A stretch of DNA of 64,000 bases from an uncultured Candidatus Binatia bacterium (GTDB taxonomy: Bacteria; Desulfobacterota; Binatia; UBA9968; JAJDTQ01). The notes under the pieces are model-generated. The model had not been told where the DNA came from. It saw only the letters and a program-made list of their open reading frames with translations, and did not search any database. Positions 10,674 through 20,958 of this stretch are shown here, in pieces. The position numbers were made by a program, and so were the translations under genes. Within the stretch, counting starts at the first letter, position 1. Every line of letters starts with the position of its first letter. Location of the stretch: assembly GCA_965242525.1 (NCBI GenBank), contig OZ251459.1, positions 768,001-832,000 on the forward strand, given 5' to 3'.

Positions 10674-12463
10674 TTCGGCGGCTGAGCAGCGACCTTGCGT
10701 CCTTCAAGACGCTGGAATTCGGTCCCGGACTCAACGTTGTTCTTGCCGACAAGAGTCAAGGGGCCACGGACAGGCAGTCGCGCAACGGTGCGGGCAAGAC
10801 CAGTTTCGTGGAGCTGGTTCATTTTCTGTTCGGCGCGGACGCCAGACCTTCCGGTATTTTTCGATCGGAAGCCTTGCGGGACTGGACGTTCAGCGCATCC
10901 GTCGACATAGAGGGACGAAACTGTTCGATCTCTCGTAGCGGCCAGAAACCGAGTCGTATAAGTGTCACCGGTGGCATTGATGATTGGCCGGCTGCGTCAG
11001 AGAACGAAAAGCGACTGTTTGACGAAAGACGCCTCGCTCCGATGCTTCCGAAGCAGCAGGAGTTTTCCAATGAGCAGTGGAAAAGCATCCTTGGAATTCT
11101 CTGGTTCGGACTGTCGCGTGACGGCGATGACGCGGAATCGTTTCGGCCGACTTTTCGCTCCCTGTTTTCCTTCGTTGCCAGGCGCCAAGAAGGCGGAGGA
11201 TTTCAATTTCCGATGCAGCATTCGACGATGCAGCAGATATGGGACAGGCAGGTCGTCATCTCGTACTTGATTGGATTGGACTGGATGATTCCGAGCCGCT
11301 TTCAGAAGTTGCGCGACGAAGAAAGGGTTGCAAGGGAACTTCGCAGGGCCGTCGAGTCCGATCAACTGAGACGTTACGTCGGCAATGCGGCGGAATTGCG
11401 CACCAGACTTGCGGTCGCTGAAGACCGGGCGGATCGACTACGCGAAAGGATCGAAGGCTTCCACGTCGTACCGGAATACAAGGAACTGGAAGTGGAAGCC
11501 ACTGAGATTACCATGAGGATCAATGATCTGAACGTCGAGAACGTCGTCGATCAGGATCTGATTCGTGAACTGCGCGCGTCACTGGACACGGAAGATCCGC
11601 CGGATGCGCAAAACCTGGTCACCCTGTACGACGAGGCCGGTATCGTGTTGCCGGATCTGCCTCGCCGTCGGATCGATGAAGTCGAGCGGTTTCATCGGAC
11701 GGTCCTGGAAAACCGACGTTCCCACCTTGGATCCGAGATCGAGAGCGCGGAGCATCGAGTTTCCGAACGGGATCGGCAAAAAAATCGCTTGGATGAACGG
11801 CGCGGGCAGATCATGGGGCTTTTGAGATCGGGAGGAGCGCTGGATCATTACACCAGTCTGCGCGAAGAGTTGGGGAGACACGAAGCGGATGTCGAAATGT
11901 TGAGGCAGAGGCTCGATACTGCCGAACGCCTTGCCAACACCAGGACGGAGATGGACATGGAGCGTACGCGTCTGCTGAAGGCGCTTCGGGACGACATCCA
12001 TGAGCGTGAGGGCATTGTGCGCGAAGTCATCCTGAACTTCGAGGAGCTGTCGCAATCACTTTACGAGCGTGCGGGAAGCCTGACCATCTCCGATACGCCG
12101 AACGGGCCGAAGTTCAATGTTCATATCGCAGCCGAACGCAGCAAGGGAATTACGAACATGCAGATTTTCTGCTTCGATCTGATGCTGACGGAGATCGGCG
12201 TTCGGCGCGGGCGATGGCCGGGGTTTCTTATCCACGACAGTCATCTTTTCGACGGAGTTGATGAGCGGCAGGTGGCCAAAGCCCTTCAGATCGGTGCAGA
12301 GCGGGCTGATGCCAATGGCTTTCAGTACATCGTTACCATGAATTCCGATTCTGTGCCGACGGAGGGATTCACGAACGGATTCGATCTTCAGAACTACGTC
12401 AACGAAACCAGACTGACAGACGCGACAGAGACAGGCGGGTTGTTTGGCTTCAGGTTCGATTGA
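10670..12463 (+). CDS. ABC/SMC-like ATPase, DUF2326-type (LmuB-like)
   Basis: Walker A NGAGKTS, long coiled coil, SKG signature, FLIHDSHLFDGVDERQ Walker B/D-loop. Confidence 0.85.
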   Translation: MIRRLSSDLASFKTLEFGPGLNVVLADKSQGATDRQSRNGAGKTSFVELVHFLFGADARPSGIFRSEALRDWTFSASVDIEGRNCSISRSGQKPSRISVTGGIDDWPAASENEKRLFDERRLAPMLPKQQEFSNEQWKSILGILWFGLSRDGDDAESFRPTFRSLFSFVARRQEGGGFQFPMQHSTMQQIWDRQVVISYLIGLDWMIPSRFQKLRDEERVARELRRAVESDQLRRYVGNAAELRTRLAVAEDRADRLRERIEGFHVVPEYKELEVEATEITMRINDLNVENVVDQDLIRELRASLDTEDPPDAQNLVTLYDEAGIVLPDLPRRRIDEVERFHRTVLENRRSHLGSEIESAEHRVSERDRQKNRLDERRGQIMGLLRSGGALDHYTSLREELGRHEADVEMLRQRLDTAERLANTRTEMDMERTRLLKALRDDIHEREGIVREVILNFEELSQSLYERAGSLTISDTPNGPKFNVHIAAERSKGITNMQIFCFDLMLTEIGVRRGRWPGFLIHDSHLFDGVDERQVAKALQIGAERADANGFQYIVTMNSDSVPTEGFTNGFDLQNYVNETRLTDATETGGLFGFRFD

Positions 12464-12695
12464 AATAGTCGTCGCTGCCGCCGCGAGGCTCTCCCTTCCC
12501 GCCAGGGCATAGCCCACCTTGCCTTCGGCGTCGGCGAACGGAGTTTCGTGATTCCTTTGGAGACTCTGGCGGTGTGTGAGAAAGGTAGGCCGTGCGAGCA
12601 GGGCGAAGGGAAGGAACAGGGCAAAGCCGTTGGCGAGGGCGAGGCAGTCCACCAGCGGCCAGGGGACGGGCTGGTAGCGCAGTAGATGGAACTCG

Positions 12696-13196
12696 ATGGG
12701 CCGGCCGTTGCATAGCCGTCAGCCCCCGGTCTGGGCCGCCGCGGTAGCCAGCGTCGGCGGCATCGGGTTCTGTCCGGTGGCGCCGGGCACGGTGGCCAGC
12801 GGGTTTGCCGCGGCCGTTTACTGGTTGGCGGAGCCGCTTCAGCACGCCGCGGTCCTCGTCCCGGTCGTCATAGCGGCCTTCGTGCTCGGCGGAGTCGGCG
12901 TGCGCGGGGTCTTGCGGCAGCGCGGCGAGGACGCGGACCCTTCCCACGTGGTGTGCGACGAGGTGGTGGGACAGTGGCTGGCGCTCCTGAGCCCTGCCTA
13001 CTCGGGCCGGTGGGAGCACGTGCTGTTGGCGTTCCTGTGGTTCCGCGTTTTCGACGTGCTGAAGCCGCCGCCCGCCTCGTTCTTCGACCGCCGCAAAGGC
13101 CCGTGGAACGTCATGATGGACGACGTGGTGGCGGGGGGCTACGCCAACCTGGCGAGCCATCTCTGCCTTGTCCTCGGGTCGGCTGCGTTTCGCTGA
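12696..13196 (+). CDS. pgpA: Phosphatidylglycerophosphatase A
   Basis: APGTVAS, DPSHVVCDEVVG, FRVFDVLKP, MMDDVVAG. Confidence 0.9.
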   Translation: MGRPLHSRQPPVWAAAVASVGGIGFCPVAPGTVASGFAAAVYWLAEPLQHAAVLVPVVIAAFVLGGVGVRGVLRQRGEDADPSHVVCDEVVGQWLALLSPAYSGRWEHVLLAFLWFRVFDVLKPPPASFFDRRKGPWNVMMDDVVAGGYANLASHLCLVLGSAAFR

Positions 13197-13274
13197 ACCC
13201 GCGGCTTCCGCGTCGGTCGTTCGTCTGTGGGGGCCGACTCCCGCCCGCGCATCCCCGGGGCAGGGAAGGCGCGG

Positions 13275-14192
13275 CTACTGCTCCAGTCCCAGCAGCCTGA
13301 CGGCGTTGCCGCCGAGGATCTTCTGCTTGTCCGCGTCGGACAGGCGCACGTCCCGGACCGCGTTGACCGAGCGCTCCAGGGGGATCGGCACGGGCGGGAA
13401 GTCGCTGCCGAACAGCACGTGGTCGGCGCCCGCGGTCTCCACCGCGCACATGACCGCGGGCGCGTGGAGGCTCACGGTGTCGAAATAGAGCTGCTCGATG
13501 TAGGTGCTCGGCGCCCGCGGCAGCACGTCGGGCTCCCAGGGGCCGAAGCTGTCGTCCTTGCGGAGCTCGTAGCCGAAGTCCAGGCGTCCGGGCAGCATGG
13601 GCAAGGCCCCGCCCACGTGGGAGCAGATCATGACGAGCTTCGGGAACCGCTCGAACCCGCCGGTGAGTATGAAGCGCGAGAGGGAGAGCGTGGTGTCGAA
13701 GGGCCGTCCGACCATCTCGGGCAGCCGGAAGATCTCCATGCGCTCCGCCCCGATGGTCACCCGCGGCGGGTGGACGAAGAGCGGCGCGCCAAGGTCGGTC
13801 ACGAGCTCGAAGAACGGTACGGCGTTGTCCGAGTCCAGGTACTCGCCGGCGACGCTGGAGTTGATCATGACGCCCTTGAGCCCGTACTCGCGCACCGCCC
13901 GCTCGGTTTCCCGGAGGAACCGCTTGTCGCCGAAGGGCATGGCGCACGCCAGTCCCAGCAGGCGGTCCGGATAGCGCCGGGTGGTCTCCGCGGCGAACTC
14001 GTTGAACTCCGCCACGATGTCGAAGGGGTCCTTGCCGGACGGCGTGCGGATCCAGTTGTTGCCGAATATGGTGAGATCGACCCCGGCGCGCTGCTGCTCT
14101 TCCAGCAACCCGTCGATGTCGAAAATGGCCGGAGGCGACTTGGGATGATACCAACCCTGGGGCACGAGATGAGCGTGACAGTCGATGATCAT
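13275..14192 (-). CDS. Amidohydrolase_2 family metal-dependent hydrolase/decarboxylase
   Basis: IIDCHAH, FVHP, SHVGG, LFGSDFP. Confidence 0.9.
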   Translation of the reverse strand: MIIDCHAHLVPQGWYHPKSPPAIFDIDGLLEEQQRAGVDLTIFGNNWIRTPSGKDPFDIVAEFNEFAAETTRRYPDRLLGLACAMPFGDKRFLRETERAVREYGLKGVMINSSVAGEYLDSDNAVPFFELVTDLGAPLFVHPPRVTIGAERMEIFRLPEMVGRPFDTTLSLSRFILTGGFERFPKLVMICSHVGGALPMLPGRLDFGYELRKDDSFGPWEPDVLPRAPSTYIEQLYFDTVSLHAPAVMCAVETAGADHVLFGSDFPPVPIPLERSVNAVRDVRLSDADKQKILGGNAVRLLGLEQ

Positions 14193-14315
14193 GGGAATGG
14201 GTAATTACTGGATCTCGCCCGCGCTTTCAAGCCTGGAACGCGGGAGGGCCGCGGCTTCCGAGGGTATCTTTTCCATGGGGAATCGCCTACGGTAGGCCCC
14301 GGGGAAACCATCGGT

Positions 14316-15323
14316 ATGAAGCTCGACATCGAGTTCAATTCGGGCGCCCAGCTTCCCATGCACGCGGTCCCCGAGCTCGCGGCGGCCGCGGAGGACAACG
14401 GGTTCGAAGGCGTCTGGGGCGGGGAGGCCAACAACAAGGATCCCACGGTCATGCTGGCGGCCGCGGCCGCGGTGACCCGGCGGCTCCGGCTCGGGACCGC
14501 GGTCTTCCACATGCTGGGCCGAACCCCCGTAAGCATGGCCCTCCACGCAGCCGGCCTCGACGAGTTGTCCCGCGGGCGTTTCCTGCTGGGGCTCGGCATC
14601 TCGAACCCCACCATAGCGGACTGGCACGGCGCGGCCTTCGACCGTCCGTTGGGGCGCATCCGGGAGTACCTGGAGGTGGTGAGGGCCGCCCTCCGGGGCG
14701 AGAAGCTCGATTTCCGGGGCGCGTTCTACCGCGCCCGCGGCTTCAAACTCGCCTTCGAGCCGTCCGGTCGGAGCATCCCCGTGTACCTCGCGGCCTTCGG
14801 ACCGCAGATGAGCCGACTGGCCGGCCGGTCGAGCGACGGCGTGCTCATCAACATGGCGGACCCGAAAGAGGTCCGCAGGATCGCCGACAACGCCCGGGAG
14901 GGGGCAAGGACGGCGGGCAAGGACCCGGACGGGCTGGAGGTCATCTGCAAGGTGCGCTGCTGCGTGGCCCGGGACCGGGATGCGGCGCGGCAGGCCCTGG
15001 GGCGTATCCTGACCTACTACGCCTTGGCGGACTATTACCGCGACCTGCTCGCACGCATGGGGTTCGGCGAGGAGGTGGCGGCCATCCGCCAAGCTTGGCG
15101 CGCGTCGGGCTTCCACGCCGCGGCCGCGCAGGTCACCGACCGGCTGTTCGACGGCCTGCCCGTGGTGGCCGCGGAATCCGTGGACGAAGTCATGGCCAGG
15201 GTGCAAGCCTACCAGGAGGCCGGCGCCACCCGCGTGATCCTTCCGTACGTGCCGTGCACCGACGACGCGGTGGGGGAGCTCCGCGAGTTCATCCTGGCGT
15301 GCGGCCGAAGACGGGGGACATGA
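14316..15323 (+). CDS. LLM-class flavin/F420-dependent oxidoreductase
   Basis: GFEGVWGGE, LDELSRGRFLLGLG, IPVYLAAFGP; stop codon lies at the start of the downstream repeat. Confidence 0.88.
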   Translation: MKLDIEFNSGAQLPMHAVPELAAAAEDNGFEGVWGGEANNKDPTVMLAAAAAVTRRLRLGTAVFHMLGRTPVSMALHAAGLDELSRGRFLLGLGISNPTIADWHGAAFDRPLGRIREYLEVVRAALRGEKLDFRGAFYRARGFKLAFEPSGRSIPVYLAAFGPQMSRLAGRSSDGVLINMADPKEVRRIADNAREGARTAGKDPDGLEVICKVRCCVARDRDAARQALGRILTYYALADYYRDLLARMGFGEEVAAIRQAWRASGFHAAAAQVTDRLFDGLPVVAAESVDEVMARVQAYQEAGATRVILPYVPCTDDAVGELREFILACGRRRGT

Positions 15324-15424
15324 GCGCGTCCTTCGACTCCGCTTCGCTACGCTCAGGACGAACGGGGATAGGAGTGTCAAGTTGAGGGAATCCACCCTGG
15401 AAATCTCGATTGTTCAGGGGTCCC
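15319..15424. mobile_element. MITE-like element alpha, left end missing
   Basis: CATGAGCGCG + core + TCTCGATTGTTCAGGGGTCCC. Confidence 0.7.
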
Positions 15425-15458
15425 GGAAGGGTCCGAAAAGTCACGGAGGAGGTGCGCC

Positions 15459-15860
15459 ATCGCTTTCGAACTGATCAATCCCGCGGGACTCGAGGATCCC
15501 GCAGGCTATTCGCACGTCGCCAAGGTTTCCTCGGGCAGGCTCGTGCTCGTGGCGGGGCAGGCGCCGTTCGACGCGGACGGGGAAGTGGTGGGCAAGGGGG
15601 ACTTCCCGGCCCAGTGCCGGCAGGTGTGGCGGAACCTGCGGTTGGCCGTCGAGGGCGCCGGAGGCCGTCCCCGGGACTATGCCGCCCTCACCATGTACGT
15701 GACCGACGCCAACGCCTACCATACCCACCGCAAGGAGATCGGCGCGTCTTACCGGGAGGTGTTCGGAAAGCATTTTCCCGCCATCACCCTGGTGCAGGTG
15801 GAGGCCCTCTACAACCCGGACTGCATGGTCGAGGTGTCCGGCCTCGCCGTCATCGACTGA
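15459..15860 (+). CDS. RidA/YjgF family protein, probable ATC start
   Basis: AFELINPAGLEDPAGYSHV...AGQAP...FPAITLVQVEAL...MVEVSG; GGAGGAGG 6 nt before ATC at 15459. Confidence 0.85.
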   Translation: MAFELINPAGLEDPAGYSHVAKVSSGRLVLVAGQAPFDADGEVVGKGDFPAQCRQVWRNLRLAVEGAGGRPRDYAALTMYVTDANAYHTHRKEIGASYREVFGKHFPAITLVQVEALYNPDCMVEVSGLAVID

Positions 15861-15861
15861 C

Positions 15862-15945
15862 GGAGCCTCTGGACGATCGGGGGAGCATGAGCGCGTCCTT
15901 CGACTTCGCTCCGCTACGCTCAGGACGAACGGGGATAGGAGGGTC
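15862..15945. mobile_element. MITE-like element alpha, right end missing
   Basis: GGAGCCTCTGGACGATCGGG + CATGAGCGCG + core. Confidence 0.65.
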
Positions 15946-15984
15946 AGGGGGGAGGGACAGGGTGGGGGGCGGTGTCGAGGCGGT

Positions 15985-16464
15985 TCAGGTCAGTTCGGCC
16001 TGGGGGTCGGCCTTGGCCAACAGGTCCAGCAGGGTCTGCTTGTGGCGGCCTTCCACCTCCACGAGCTGACGGAGCAGCCGGCTGTAGTCCGGCGCTTCCA
16101 GGGCCAGGTAGGCCATGTCGTCGAGGAGCTTGGCCTCCACCCGCTTCTGGTCCTCCACGTCCTGGCGGAGGCGCTCCCAGTGGTTCTTTCCGGACGGGAT
16201 GCTCGAATCGAACTTGGCCACCCGCGCGCCCAGGTGCTCGATGCCCTTGAACAGCAGCGCGATGTTCTTTTCCTTCTCCGCGGCCATCTGCCTCAGCCGC
16301 TCGACCACGAAGGGATAGGGGGCCTTTTCCGCGTGCAGCTTGAGCTGGTTGGCGAGCTTGGCGAGGTCCCGGTAGTCGTCGGCGAGCACGGTGCGTATGG
16401 TGCGCTCTTCCCGCCGCTCCCGGCCGCGTTGGAACCAGCCCGTGATGGTCTCCGTCAGCGCCAC
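15985..16464 (-). CDS. Helical protein, possibly ferritin-like fold
   Basis: Four-helix pattern with EKEKN and VEVEGRH (ExxH); GTG start directly behind a consensus promoter. Confidence 0.6.
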   Translation of the reverse strand: MALTETITGWFQRGRERREERTIRTVLADDYRDLAKLANQLKLHAEKAPYPFVVERLRQMAAEKEKNIALLFKGIEHLGARVAKFDSSIPSGKNHWERLRQDVEDQKRVEAKLLDDMAYLALEAPDYSRLLRQLVEVEGRHKQTLLDLLAKADPQAELT

Positions 16465-16470
16465 GATGCC

Positions 16471-16499
16471 AGCATAGGACCCCTCGCGGGTCCTGTCAA
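16471..16499 (-). promoter_or_regulatory. Sigma70-type promoter for the ferritin-like gene (likely leaderless)
   Basis: TTGACA-17nt-TATGCT, then 6 nt to GTG; spacer is a palindrome AGGACCC-N5-GGGTCCT. Confidence 0.7.
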
Positions 16500-17440
16500 G
16501 ATTTCATGGCCGACGTCATGTCCTCGATGTAGTCCTGGAACCCGCGTTCCACGCTGTACTCGGGATCCCAGCCGAGCATCTCCCTGGCCCGGGTGACGAC
16601 CATGGGCTGCTTGGACGAGCGGGGCGGTTTCCCGGGCAGGATCTCCACTTCCAGCTTGGGCAGGAGCTTCTGGACCAGCGCCACCAGGTCGTCGAAGGTC
16701 AGGAGCACGCCGGTGCCGATGTTGAAGGTGGTCTCGGCAGGGACCGGGACCGTGGCGGCCAGCTCGATGGCCCGGCCCACGTCCTTGAAATAGACGTACT
16801 CGAAGTCCCGCGCGGACTCCTGGGGGATGTTGGCCACGCCGCCCCGGATGCCGGTCTCCACCATGGTCTGGAGCATCTCGCCCCCCGCGGAGCCGCCGGT
16901 GAAGTGGCCGAAGCCGAACACGTTGGCCAGCCGCAGCACCATGAGCTCGAAGCCGTAGAGCCGCTGGTAGGCCTCCACCATGAGCTCCTTGGCCACCTTG
17001 GAGTTGCCGTAGGCGTTGCCGTCGCCGCGATGGAACCCTTCGTCGATAGGCGAGTCGCCCTCCATGCGGCGGTTATAGACGCCCATGGTGCTGATCTGGA
17101 TCAGCCGCCTGACGCCCGTCAGCCTCACCGCCTCGGCCACGTTGACCGTGCCCATGACGTTGATCTGGAGGCCGCTGTACACCGGGTTGGCCACCGCGCC
17201 GCCGATGAGGCCGGCGGTGTGCAGCACGGTATCGACTTGGTGGGTCTGCATGGCGTCGATGAGCGCCGGCAGGTCCCGGATGTCCCGCTTGAGGACGGTG
17301 ACCTGGGCCTTTCCCAGCTTCCGCTCCAGGAAGTCCATCCTGGGCGCCATGTCGAAGAACACGATCTTCTCGCCCCGCTGGAGCGCGCGTTGCGCGAACG
17401 CGGTGCCCACCAAGCCCACGCCGGTTATCAAAGTGCTCAT
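16496..17440 (-). CDS. NAD-dependent epimerase/dehydratase (extended SDR)
   Basis: ITGVGLVG Rossmann motif, YGNSK catalytic YxxxK. Confidence 0.9.
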   Translation of the reverse strand: MSTLITGVGLVGTAFAQRALQRGEKIVFFDMAPRMDFLERKLGKAQVTVLKRDIRDLPALIDAMQTHQVDTVLHTAGLIGGAVANPVYSGLQINVMGTVNVAEAVRLTGVRRLIQISTMGVYNRRMEGDSPIDEGFHRGDGNAYGNSKVAKELMVEAYQRLYGFELMVLRLANVFGFGHFTGGSAGGEMLQTMVETGIRGGVANIPQESARDFEYVYFKDVGRAIELAATVPVPAETTFNIGTGVLLTFDDLVALVQKLLPKLEVEILPGKPPRSSKQPMVVTRAREMLGWDPEYSVERGFQDYIEDMTSAMKS

Positions 17441-17468
17441 GGAGACTCCCTTCCGGTTTTCTTGCCAG

Positions 17469-17831
17469 GGAAATTCCGATCCATTCCGGCTTGAACTCCC
17501 TCTCCCTGTGGGAAAATGCGTCCTTCGACTTCGCTTCGCTACGCTCAGGACGAACGGGAGTAATGGTTCGGAGTTTTCCCGAGGAAACCCTGATCCATCG
17601 AGTCATGGATCGGGTATTCCCTCCCGTGGTCTTCCCGCCGACCAGGCAGGGGATTGGCTGTATCCTGATCGAAGCCGATGGTCATGGTTCGGGGGTTTCC
17701 CTCACGTGGCCTTCCTGCCCCTGTTCGTTTTGAGCGTAGCGAAGTGAAGTTTACCTCCGTTCGTCCTGAGCGTAGCGAAGCGGAGTCGAAGGACGCGCTC
17801 ATGCTCTCTGTCCCGATTATTCAGGGGTTCC
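17469..17831. mobile_element. Two abutting MITE-like elements (beta 17469-17579; alpha 17583-17831 with an extra partial core)
   Basis: Cores at ~17518-17557 (+), ~17723-17749 (partial, -) and ~17757-17800 (-); GGAA/TTCC ends. Confidence 0.75.
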
Positions 17832-17928
17832 CCGGGATGGAACAGGGTTTCCCCAAGTACCTGCACCAACCCCGGCCGCGTGTCAAGGCGTCCGGCGCCG
17901 CGGTCTCGGCTACGTCCCTCTCACGCCC

Positions 17929-18732
<804 letters not shown>

Positions 18733-18770
18733 TCCGAACGGTCAGCCTGGAAGGAACGGCAACGTGGGTC

Positions 18771-19760
18771 TCAACCACCGGAGGGCCGCCTCCTCGCGGC
18801 GATCCACGCGAATACCGGCGCTCCCAGCAGGGCCGCCACCACCCCGAGCTTGAGCTCGACGTCCGTGGGCGCCGCGCGCACGCCCATGTCCGCTGCCACC
18901 AGCATGAACCCGGCGAGCAGCGCCGACGGCGCCAGGGTCCGGGCCGGGTCGTGGCCCACCAGAGGGCGCACCAAGTGGGGGGCCACGATGCCGACGAAGC
19001 CGATGGCCCCGGCGATGGACACCGCGGCGCCGGTGGCCAAGCCCGCGCCCACCACCACCCGCCGCCGGGCCCGGCCGAGGTCCAGGCCCGCTCCCGCGGC
19101 CGCCTCCTCGCCCAGGGTCAGGGCGGCGAGGCCGCGCCGCTCGGCCAAAAGGACACCGAGGCCCGCCAGCAGGAAGGGCGCCGCGGGCGCGAGGTCGTGG
19201 AAACTGCGGTTGGCCACCGTGCCGAGCATCCAGTTCAGCATGTCCGACAGGGAAAAGGGGTGCGGCGCCAAGTTCATCAGCAACGCCATCAAGGCGCCGG
19301 CGAAGCTCGACAGCCCGACCCCCAACAGGATGAGCGTCACCACCGAGTCCACGCGCATGGCCGCCGCGGTCAGGAGGACGGTGGCCGCCAGGGCGCCGGC
19401 GATGGCGGCCAGGGGCAGGGCCAGGGCGCCGGCGTTGGCGAGGCCGTAGTAGATGACGAAGGTGGCGCCCAGGGCCGCGGTGGCGGACACGCCCAGGACT
19501 CCGGGCTCGGCCAGGGGGTTGCGCAGCAGCCCTTGCAGGGCGGCGCCCGACGCTCCCAGGGCCGCGCCCACCGCCAGCGCCGCCACCGCCCGCGGCAGGC
19601 GGATCTCCCACACCACCACGCGGTCCCCCGAGGACCCCCCGCCTAGGAGCGCCGCCAGCGCCCGCTCCACGCCCAGGTGGAAGGACCCCACCAGGCAGGA
19701 GGCGGCCAGAGCCGCGGCGACCGCGGCCGCAAGCACGATGGCGAGGCTCCGGTCGGTCAC
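18771..19760 (-). CDS. FecCD/BtuC family permease
   Basis: IRLPRA, LQGLLRNPLAEPGVLG, GAIGFVGIVAPH. Confidence 0.92.
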   Translation of the reverse strand: MTDRSLAIVLAAAVAAALAASCLVGSFHLGVERALAALLGGGSSGDRVVVWEIRLPRAVAALAVGAALGASGAALQGLLRNPLAEPGVLGVSATAALGATFVIYYGLANAGALALPLAAIAGALAATVLLTAAAMRVDSVVTLILLGVGLSSFAGALMALLMNLAPHPFSLSDMLNWMLGTVANRSFHDLAPAAPFLLAGLGVLLAERRGLAALTLGEEAAAGAGLDLGRARRRVVVGAGLATGAAVSIAGAIGFVGIVAPHLVRPLVGHDPARTLAPSALLAGFMLVAADMGVRAAPTDVELKLGVVAALLGAPVFAWIAARRRPSGG

Positions 19761-19825
19761 GGTTCCGCCCGGGTCGAGAGTGCGCGGTGGAGCGCCAAGT
19801 GGTTCCTATCTCGAATCGAGGACAA

Positions 19826-19955
19826 GGAAACCCTGAACGATGGAACCGTGGATGAGCGGTCTTCCCTCATGTGGCCTTCCTGTCCCCGTTCGTCCTGAGC
19901 GTAGCGGAGCGAAGTCGAAGGACGCGCTCTTCCTCCGGAATTGTTCAGGCTTTCC
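19826..19955. mobile_element. MITE-like element alpha inside the transporter operon
   Basis: GGAAACCCTGAACGAT ... reverse core ... ATTGTTCAGGCTTTCC. Confidence 0.75.
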
Positions 19956-19964
19956 ATGAAACGG

Positions 19965-20885
19965 TCACGGTCCTGTCCGGGTCGGGGGCGCGCGGCGGAG
20001 GGCCGCGAGCGCCTCTACCGCGTCGGCCAGGAACCACCCGCCGCAGGAAGTGGTGGCGCCGTCGAGGGCCGCGGCCGGAAGCGAGCGCAAGGCCCGCTGG
20101 GCCACGGGATGCCGGAACGGGGTCCACGCGTCCTCGTGGTCGTGGGCTTCGCCGAACGAGGCCACAGCCACGAGGTCCGGGCTCTCGTAGGCCAGGCGTT
20201 CGAGGGGGATGGGCCGCCATCCCGGCCGCGGCTGGAAGTTTTCGAGTCCCGCGGCCGCGAACAGGTGGTGCACGAGAGTGCCCGGTCCGGCCGTGAAGCC
20301 CGCCGGCGTCACGTAGAGCGCCCGCGTCTCCGGGTCATGGACCCGGGCCCGTTCCAACCGCGCGTCCATCTCCGCCACCAGCGCCTCGCCCCGTTCCGGC
20401 GCGCCGAGCCCCCGCGCGGCGTCCCGGACCACCGCCCGGGCGTCGTCGAGGTCGTCCACCAGACCGATTTGCAGCACCGGCACCCCCGCCCGCTCGAAGA
20501 ACGCCCGCGCCCGGGGACCTCCGCCATACGAGCGAACCACGAGGTCCGGCTCCAGCATCAGCACGTCCTCCGCCCGGGGCCGCACCGTGCGCAACCCCTC
20601 CGCGGCCGCCCGCATGTAGGAGAAGGCCGCGCCCGCGTCCGGCGACACCGCCAGTATGCGCCCGCGCTCCGCCAGCCCCAGCACGAACTGGTCGGCGCAG
20701 TAGTCCAGGCTCACGATCCTTCGGGCCGCCCCGGAGGGCTTGACCGGCCGCGGCTCGCATGCGGCGGCGAAGAGGCAGGCGGCGAGCGCGAGCATGGCCG
20801 CCTTGGCGCCTTGGCCGGTCTTGGCGCCGGGGCCGGTCCCGCGGCGCGCCGGTGTCCGATGGGTGGGTGAGTGGGGCATTTCCAA
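19965..20885 (-). CDS. Periplasmic binding protein (BtuF-like, cobalamin/Fe-chelate)
   Basis: RIVSLDYCADQ, AEDVLMLEPDLVV; lipobox-like AAAC; start uncertain. Confidence 0.85.
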   Translation of the reverse strand: MEMPHSPTHRTPARRGTGPGAKTGQGAKAAMLALAACLFAAACEPRPVKPSGAARRIVSLDYCADQFVLGLAERGRILAVSPDAGAAFSYMRAAAEGLRTVRPRAEDVLMLEPDLVVRSYGGGPRARAFFERAGVPVLQIGLVDDLDDARAVVRDAARGLGAPERGEALVAEMDARLERARVHDPETRALYVTPAGFTAGPGTLVHHLFAAAGLENFQPRPGWRPIPLERLAYESPDLVAVASFGEAHDHEDAWTPFRHPVAQRALRSLPAAALDGATTSCGGWFLADAVEALAALRRAPPTRTGP

Positions 20886-20958
20886 TCCGGTGGGTGACCA
20901 TCTTGGCGGAAAGTATCCGGATTGCCAACCTCGATAGCGGGCGGCGGCCGCGGCTTGA

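Noticed and set aside
12464-12695. Gene remnant or att site at the right edge of island 1
   Set aside because: No recognisable motif or direct repeat matching the left edge (2329-2488)
20886-20958. Cobalamin riboswitch upstream of the Btu-like transporter
   Set aside because: No B12-box or other conserved motif visible; the space is short and occupied by a MITE
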